A stretch of 58,718 bases of DNA, taken from NCBI RefSeq assembly GCF_004010195.1, contig NC_057718.1, positions 105,462,493 to 105,521,210 of the forward strand, read 5' to 3'. Positions 50,201-58,718 of this stretch are shown one piece after another. The position numbers and the translations under genes were made by a program. The DNA is from Chiloscyllium plagiosum (Eukaryota). The first letter of the stretch is position 1. The number at the start of each line of letters is the position of its first letter. The notes under the pieces were generated by a model that had not been told where the DNA came from, did no database searches, and saw only the letters and a list, made by a program, of their open reading frames with translations.

Positions 50201-52010
50201 CTTACATCTTACTGACATCAATAGGACAAAAACAGTTTCATAAAACTGCCTTCCCATGCTATCAATGAGTTCTGCACATTTAGCTGAAAGCTGAACTGTC
50301 TACTCTACTCTGTCATCAACAGACTAAAAAATCAGCATACCTGTCTGGAAAACACTGATTTGAATGGGACCACTGACTGCACAAGTCTTTTTTACCATAA
50401 TGTCATCAGTGGTCACAGCACTATTGGCAGAACTGGAAAACCCTTGGGACTGAAACTGGGAAGACTGATCATTTCATTTTTTTTTACAATGAATGCTATT
50501 TATATCGTTCTATGTAAACATTAACCAAGATGATATAGTCATGATTCTCAAAGCAGCAGAACACCAAAATTTATTTTAAAGTTCAGAAAAGAAAGGAACA
50601 ATTTATTTAGCTTCTATTTGTTAAATACATTGTTTAAAAATGAGTACAATTCTTTTGGATAAAATAAAAAAGTTTAGCAAAATCAGTAATTCAGATTAAT
50701 AATTTCCTAAACACATGCTAAGGAATATAATTGTCATTTTGATTATGCAGCTTGAGGCAGGACGATTTGAATTGTTATCCCTTAGGAGATAATAAATTGT
50801 GTGCCAATGCATGCACCATCAGTTTTTCTAGGCTAAATCCAGTCAGAGATTTGGATCATGTTGTTTATAGCTCCCTGATGTTAATCTCCAAATTTCAGTC
50901 CAGTAATACAAGAAATGATGTGGGAGTTTTTACTCTTATCTACGATTACAGAGAATAACTCCTGATTGTTTATTCTGGATGCTTTGAGCTGAATCCGCTG
51001 TAAATTCACCACAAATGCAAATTTGTAGCAATAGTAGAGCTTTACTTGTACATTTTTGTTCCCCTACAAATGACATCACGGGGGAAAAGATGCACTGGAC
51101 AAATCAAAAGTAATTCATTCTCATTTCTCCACCATTGTATAATTTTATACCATTTCTCCAACACTATTCTTTGAACAGATTAACAATTGGCACAACCGGT
51201 GATTTGTTACTTGCAATAAACACTTTAACAAGTTGGACAATGACCAATTGATTATGCATGCAATTCATTTGGGGGGGCGGGGGAGGGACTAACTTGCACG
51301 AGTTTCTGATCATATTGTTCTGAGAAAATGCACATTGTGTGATATATATCTTTCCACACCCCGAAAAATTGTTCCTTTTGGGTTTATAAAGAAATTGTTT
51401 TCATGAATATACTCTTGGTAACAGCACATTAGCTAGCAATATGGACAGTGAAATACTGGAATGAACCAATTCCAGTCCAAATATATGCCAGTGGCAGAAC
51501 CTGGGAAATAAATTAGAATTGATTTATAATGGCTCAGACATCTTATCAGGTGAAGAATGACATAATTGTACTCAGTCAAAGCCTAACAAGGTCAATACAG
51601 AGCGGTAGAATTAATTGGCATTGATTGCAATTGTTTTATTTTGCAGGCAAAGTCGCAATCAATACCAGGTGGCATTTAACTTGGAAAAGACAAGAACTTG
51701 GAGGATTTCTAAACACATTTTTATCCCTGACATAACTACAAGTCCAGAGGGAAAATAACAATGTCCATGTGAACATCTAGAATATTACAATTATTCAAAG
51801 AGTTCGGTATTACCATTTTCAACAATATTAGTTCGAATTTTAATTTTTAAATAAAGTGCACACAGCTTCTTTTCAAGTCAGATACTGAGTTTGCCATTTC
51901 AACAAGGAAAATTTAAGAGCTGTTAACTTATTCAAAATTTTGAAATTAAGAATTTGAAAAGGAAAATGAATAATTTTGAAAAATTTGATAAATAACCACT
52001 AATCACTCAC

Positions 52011-52084
52011 CTTCTATTGCAAGCATAGCTCGTAATTCTCGATTTAACAGCTCAAAGCGTCTCTCAAGATCATGCTCTTTTTCC
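52011..52084 (-). CDS. ehbp1: EHBP1 internal exon (EKEHDLERRFELLNRELRAMLAIE)
   Basis: Acceptor cctag| and donor G|gtgagt; 74 nt; junction codons CT+G=Leu and G+AC=Asp keep the frame. Confidence 0.93.
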
Positions 52085-53461
52085 CTAGGCAAGTCAAAAA
52101 AGTTCATCAATACAGTAATTAACAAATCATTACTGACTAAAAGCAACCTTTAAGATTCATTGATTACTGAAACCTACTATTGTCTTTTCTGAAACCTTTA
52201 ATCTACTCCAAATAATTGATACACAAACCTTCACTGATCGTATGCTAGTTTATGCAGTTAAAAAGTGCACTGTATTTCATACAGTATGTCATTTGCATTG
52301 AGTTAAATTCAATGTAACTACTTAGGACAGAATACAATTTCATTAGATAGACTTTAGATTTTTCTTATCTTTAGGTGGGATCTGATTAGTCGTGAAATAT
52401 GTTGGTTAAAAAAAATCAATTTGCACATTCAAACTCACAGGTTGAAACTAGGGGAATAAAGTCAAACTGGTAGCAAGAATTAGGCATTGCCAAGTCAGTG
52501 TTATAAAAACCTGAAACTTCAAGAGTGACTGCTGAGATCAAGTGGGAGGAAATGCAATGAGTCTTGATCAGGAAAGATTACAGAATTGACAACTCAGGTT
52601 TGAACTAAAGGAAGAAGAAAGTTGAAAGGCACATTTTAACTTTGTTCAGCATAAGGATAACATCCTCAATATGAGAACAGAGTTCAATCCTCAGATGAAG
52701 ATGATTCAGTTAAGAGTTGTTATGGGGACTATGTTATGTCTACAATTTGAATTATGGAAATAAATTCCTTGAAGGAATCTTCAGTGATTGAGAAGATTTG
52801 AGTGGGATACAGTAAAGAAATGGATGATGAATAAATGAATAAATCTTGAGTGAATGGAAGAAAGGGTGGAAGACAGCTTGGCAGTTAATGCTATTTAAGG
52901 AGAAACCTGGTCATTATGAATGCAGCTTTAGTGAAAGCGTATAAGTTGGTATCTTATTAAAATAGTTAGAGATGTCTAAGCCATGGCTGAAGTCTTCAAG
53001 TGCAGATTTCCAGGTGTGCACAACACAGGCAACAAAATTACTAACAGAATTTCTGATGTTCAGTATCATTGGCAATGTCACATTAAACAGAACTTCAAAG
53101 ATGACCACCATAAGAAATTGGACCAGGATTAGACCATATGGCTGTTCAAGTCTTCTCTGCCATTCAATAGGATCACGGCTGATCTTCTGCTTCAACTTCA
53201 CTTTTCCCAGCTGCTCACCATATTCTTTGATTATGGGCAAAGGATAATTTAAGAAGAACAAATTGCACAATTTTAGAAAGACTTGCAGCTACTGGGATGA
53301 TTTTATGTAATTATGATACTTATCTTATTTAAGTAGAAATCGAATTGAAATCCTAATTAGGCTAGAAATTGAATTGAATTTAATAGATTGATTAATTTAT
53401 AGACTTTTTCTGAAAAAAAATTAGTAAAAGCCATATTGTTTAAAGAAGGCCCCAAATGATT

Positions 53462-53773
53462 TGATTAGATTCCCCACAGTATGGAAGCAGGTCCTTCGGC
53501 CCAACAAGTCCACACTGACCCTCTGAAGAGTAACCCATCCAGACCCATAGTTATCCCTAACGAATGCACCTTAACACAATGGGCAATTTAGCAAGGCCAA
53601 TTCACCTGACCTGCACATCTTCGGATTGTGGGAGGAAATCAGAGCACCCGGAGGAAACCCACGCAGACATGGGGAGAATGTGCAAACTCCACACAGACTC
53701 CTGAGGTTGGAATCGAATCCGGGTCCCTGGTGCTGTGAGGCAGTAGTGCTAACCACTGAGCCACTGTGCCATC
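53462..53773 (-). mobile_element. HE1-like V-SINE
   Basis: GGCACAGTGGCTCAGTGGTTAGCACT...GGATTCGATTCC plus V-domain. Confidence 0.88.
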
Positions 53774-53949
53774 CTAATTTAGGAGTACCATGTTTATGAA
53801 TCAAGTCTCATATGATGTGACTGAACTGTGATATCTTCTATCTCTTGACTTAATACCCATACCTTCCAACTACAACCACCTCATATCCAGTGAATTCCAA
53901 GCCAGATGTTCTTAGTTTTGCAGATTACCTGCTTTCTTGCAGGAATTCT

Positions 53950-54180
53950 TGTGAATCTATGGAACTCACTGCTGGAGTGCAGTGATGGCAGATTTAATCA
54001 ACAGATTCAAGAAAGAAATAGATATGTTTCTGATGAAAAGTGGGATAAAATGGGAGAGCAGGCATAAAAGCAGCGTTGAGACCAGGATTAGATCAGCTAT
54101 GATCACGTATAATGGCGGAGCAGGCTCCAATGGCAAATTTCCTACTGCCGCTCCTTATTCCTATGTTGTTCCTATGTATG
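53950..54180 (+). mobile_element. CR1 3' end remnant (another, inverted, at about 53105-53245)
   Basis: FKKEIDMFL plus 3' UTR aatggcggagcaggctc. Confidence 0.7.
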
Positions 54181-55526
54181 ATACAGCCCTCCCATAAAGG
54201 TGCGCTGCTTGTGGCTCAGCAGTAGTGTCCCTACTTCTGGACCAGGAGGCCGAGTTCAAGTTCCACCTACTCACGAGGCATCATAACACATTGAACTAGT
54301 TGATGAAAAATATCTACAGCCTTCCCATACATTACTTTTTTCAGGAGGAAAGCATTAACATCTCGTGTAATGAAATCAATCGTGCCAACACTTTCTCTTG
54401 GTGTAATGTTACACCACCTACCACACCAATAATCACATTACTTGAGTAACATTTTTCTACAAGTCACACTTTGATCTTTCCCCTAATTCTTTACCACATT
54501 TAGACACTTTAGACATCTCCATTCCTTATGTCCTATTGATGTAACTGCCCACCCCAGGCATGACAGACATCTTGTTAATGACATTTTCTACCTCCTTTCT
54601 GTTCCCTATTCTTAAACCAAGGGGATCTTGTCCTTGGGAATTTCAACCCACTTCTTAGTCACTTTCTCACACTTGGGTGTCCTCTTGATCTCCCTTCTCA
54701 TCAATGCTTCGACTCCAATGGCCTGCCTTTGGAACTACATTATTCAGCACTTTGGTTATCAAAGTCCTCCTTAAGCTTTTCAAGATTCCTTTTCTCTTTC
54801 TTATCCTGATGCTTCTGCCAAGCCCCTATCATATTAACATCTTTCTCACCCTGGCAACAAAATGATCCATTGAATCCATCACAATCATTATCCTGAGTCT
54901 GGTTTACCCATGATATTACAAATACTTCCACTGATATATAAAAAAAACTTATCCCTTCTTTATTGCCATTTGATCCATTTCCCATGTGCACCATCTCCAT
55001 TAGTCAAACAGCCAGTCTGTGAACTTAAACACACTTGATAAGCATTTACTCTGGTTATTGTTGTCAAATATGGCTTAGCCATGTCCTTCCCCATACATCA
55101 GCATGTGGGGACACATCCATACAACCAAACCCCAAACCACACCCCTCCCCTCACCAACTACAAAGACTTCATTCATGTCTTCATGTCGCAAAGCAGATCA
55201 ACCATTCTGCTGCTTCTGCCATATTTACGCCTCAATTTTTTTGTTCCAGTCTACCACCCTCCGGTCTGCCTTTATTTATTGTTCACTCCCTTCCGGACTT
55301 TATATGCTACCCTATAATCATGAAGATACCACCCGCCTCCTCAAAGCCTACCTGACGAAACTTGTCCTCAGCTTTGTATTGCTGCTATGTATAAGCATGT
55401 TTCCCACATCTTTCAAAACTTCAGTCACTGCTCTTTATCTCTAAAGCCTTGAATCATACTTCTACATCCAATATGGCGCATCCACAGATTCCTCAAATGA
55501 ATGAGCTCAGTTTCATTTGCACTTAC

Positions 55527-55626
55527 AGAAGTGAAAGTTGGTTCTGTCGCCGTATGAGGGCATTCTTCTTATTCACCAACACAAACCACTCCTGCATCAT
55601 AGCTTCTTCCTTCTCTTTATTGTTTC
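55527..55626 (-). CDS. ehbp1: EHBP1 internal exon (bMERB domain: [33 protein letters not shown])
   Basis: Acceptor cttttcag| and donor |gtaagt; 100 nt; matches the EHBP1 motif [21 protein letters not shown]; in phase with the next exon. Confidence 0.93.
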
Positions 55627-57002
55627 CTGAAAAGTGGAGGAATAGAATTATACAAAAGCCTAAAAATCACAACCATTCCAACAATCTTCCTGCTGGGAAT
55701 GAAACTTAATCAAAGAAGATAATACAACAATTATATTTCAAAAATTAAATCCAGAGTTATGTCTAAACAGTATTTTTGATTTCCGGGGCATTGTTGGAAA
55801 GCTAATAGACGGAAGTTAGATGATCCTTACTATCACTTCCATTCACTTTTTTTGTCATCCCTTGTTGTGAACCACATCACACTGATCTCCAAGCACTGCT
55901 GGTTAGCACAGCAGCAAGTTCTAGCTGGTGGATATTTCCATTGTTGGCATGGTATTTGCACTGCTTGAAGAAATTTGCATTTCTGCCCATTGGATATGTT
56001 TACATTTTGCTCCAGATGTTCAGTACAGCAGTCTAACCCAGATATACAGCTAGTAAATTATCATTATTTCTATTTATGAATGCAAATTCCCAATCTATAA
56101 CATGGTACCAGATACTTTCACATGTTTGGTTCTTTCTTCCACCCTCACTGACACATATCCCTCTTCCCCTTCAAGGTTTGGCTCCATGTTTGGTGTGATT
56201 TTATAGCCATTGCTTTACCCAAGTAGCAATTATTCATATGGAGCTATGGGATTAGGTACTGATGGATTACTGGGCACATTGATATGCAACATAGCAAAGC
56301 ATAATCCTGTTCTCTCCAACATCTGTATAACAACTTCAAAGAGGAGTGGTTGGCAATTTATCCTGTTTACAAACTGGGGCACTGAGACGAAATATAGTTG
56401 CATTACTAGGAAAAACTAATCAAACTATTTGATGAATGCTTTCCTCTAAAATGTTATTGATGCAGCAATACAGCAGAAGGGCTCCCAACACTACATTAAA
56501 GCAAAATACTGCAGCCACAAGACATGAGAGATAAAAAAGATAATACAGGAAAGACTCAACAAGGCTGATAGCATCCGTCATGAGAGAAACAGTTAACATT
56601 TCAGGTTTTTAACATTTCATCAGAAGTTATCTCATATAGCTTTTACCATTGCATCAGAGAGAGGGTTAATTAAATTAGAAAGAGAGAGAGAAGAACATAA
56701 CAGTAGGTATCCGGCAAAATAAATGAGGCAAATTCACCAGTGACAAATTCTGGACGTTGAGAACAGTGTTTCACCATGAATTAATTACATTCCCAGTGGA
56801 ACATTATACAAATACTTCAAAATGCAGAGCTATTATGGGCAAAAGTAAACTACTTAAACAGTTAATCTAGACTCTAAACAGTTGGACACATAGCAGGGAA
56901 AATCTAAAAACATGAGAGCGAAACCAATACTATTCTTTTTGATTCATTTTAATCTTTGCCTGTACAAGATAGTACTGCACATCTGGAAGCAATAAAGATA
57001 AT

Positions 57003-57325
57003 AAAACATAGAAGCAAAAGTATGCCATTCAGCCCATCGAATCTGCCCTGCTATCAATGAGATAGTTCCTGAGCTGATAATCCTCAACTCCATTTACTTA
57101 CCTACATTTCCCCAACCCTTGATTATCTTAGTAAAATCCATCTCAGCTTTGATTACATTAATGACCCAGTCAGCAACTCTCTGTTGTAAAGAATTCCATA
57201 GATTCACAACTCTCTGAGAAGAAATTCCTTCTCACCTCTGTCTTAAACATGTGATCCCTTATTCTGAGATTATGCCTTCTTGTCTTAGACTGTCTGAGGG
57301 AAAACACCCTCACTGCCTCCATCCT
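57003..57325 (-). mobile_element. CR1 3' end remnant
   Basis: Similar to 1470-1800 (gattcacaactctctgagaagaaattcctt.tcacctctgtcttaaa). Confidence 0.7.
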
Positions 57326-57599
57326 GTTTTTTTAATTGAAAAAGGTTTTCATTTTTTACAAAATTATAAATGTACAAAAGATAGTATAACAATCTTTTGT
57401 TAAACCATTAACAATAAACCGCCTACTATTCTACAAAACAAACGAAAACTATCACAAAGGTATGTAACAATCTTTCCATGTTACAATTCGATAAATAATT
57501 GAATTTAGCAAATTAGTTTAAATTACCTTAAATTATATTAGACTAGGAGAAAGTGAGGACTGCAGATACTGGAGATCAGAGTTGAGAGTGTGTTTCCTA

Positions 57600-58718
57600 T
57601 GATTCTCGATAGGAGTGAGAGAGGCAGGGTAGTTGTCATGGGGGACTTCAACTATCCAAATATTGACTGGGATCACTACAGTACGAATACTATAGATGGG
57701 TTAGTTTTTGTCCAGTGTGTGCAGAAGGGCTTCCTGACACAGTATGTAGACAGGTCTACAAGGGGCAAAGCCACTTTAGATTTAGTACTGGGTAACAAGC
57801 CTGGCCAGGTGTTAGATTTAGAAGTAGGTGAGCACTTTAGAGACAGCGATCACAATTCTGTCAGGTTTACTTTAGTGATGGAAAGGGATAGGTGTACTCC
57901 ACCGAGCAGGAGTTACAGCTGGGGGAAGGGAAATTACGATGCAATTAGGAAAGATTTAGGAAGAGTAGAATGGGGAAGGAAACTGCAGGGAATGAGCACA
58001 TTAAAAATGTGGAGCTTATTCAAGGAAAAGCTCCTGTGTGTCCTAGATAAGCATGTACCTGTCAGGCAGGGAGGAAGATATAGAACACGTGAGCCGTGGT
58101 TTACTAAGGAAGTGGAATCCCTGGTCAAGAAGAAGAAGGCTTATGTTAGGACAAAATGGTTACAAGAAAGTCAGGAAAGACCTAAAAAGAGAGCTCAGAA
58201 GAGTCAGGAGGGGAGATGAGAAGTTGTTGGCGGATAGAATCAGGGTTAACCCTAAGGCTTTCCATAGGTATGTCAGGAATAAAAGAATGATGAGAGTTAA
58301 ATTAGGGCCAATCAAGGATAATAGTGGGAAGTTGTGTGTGGAGTCAGAGGAGATAGGGGATGCACTAAATAAATATTTTTCGACAGTGTTCACTATAGAA
58401 AATGAAAATGTTGGTGAGGAAGATACAGAGATACTTGCATCTAGACTAGAAGAGATTGAGGTTCACAAGGAAGAGGTATTAGAAATACTGCAGAGTGTGA
58501 AAATAGACAAGTCCCCTGGGCCCTGGGCCTAGGATCCTCTGGGAAGCAAGGGAAGAGATTAACAAGCCTTTGGCATTGATCTTCAAATCATCATTGTCTA
58601 CAGGAATAGTGCCTGAGGACTGGAGGATAGCAAATGTGGTTCCCTTGTTCAAAAAGGGTAGTAGAGACAACCCTAGTAATTATAGACCAGTGAGTTTCAC
58701 TTCAGTTGTTGGTAAAGT
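57600..58718 (+). mobile_element. CR1 LINE ORF2 (endonuclease C-part to pre-RT), frameshifted, runs off the window
   Basis: VVVMGDFNYPNIDW, ATLDLVL, SDHNSV, NPKAF, NKYFSTVFT, KSPGP, VPEDWRIANVVPLFKKG, NYRPVS. Confidence 0.93.

Overview
Eukaryotic vertebrate genomic DNA, almost certainly from a cartilaginous fish (shark). This is inferred from HE1/V-SINEs, HER1/CR1-type LINEs and DeuSINE repeats. The window holds two genes, both on the minus strand. (1) A complete Otx1 homeobox gene: three coding exons at 24879-24783, 24575-24424 and 23240-22533 encode 318 aa with a K50 homeodomain, SIWSPA motif, His-rich tract and tandem Otx tail; two 5' non-coding exons and a CCAAT/GC-box/PBX-PREP promoter near 27.2 kb are predicted. 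(2) The last four coding exons of EHBP1 at 55626-55527, 52084-52011, 32956-32842 and 32638-32548, encoding the bMERB C-terminus and ending in the CaaX motif CLLQ; the ORF track misses these. This reproduces the EHBP1-OTX1 linkage known from other vertebrates. Otx1 sits in an almost transposon-free, visibly CpG-rich block of about 13 kb. The flanks are packed with CR1, L2 and RTE LINE fragments, SINEs and palindromic Penelope-like remnants. The most unusual signals are hammerhead-ribozyme-like cores inside short palindromic repeats (one copy with an intact core), a probable ancient hAT transposase fossil split by nested insertions, and several repeat-free motif-dense blocks that look like Otx1 enhancers. 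There are two assembly gaps. No prokaryotic-type system is present.
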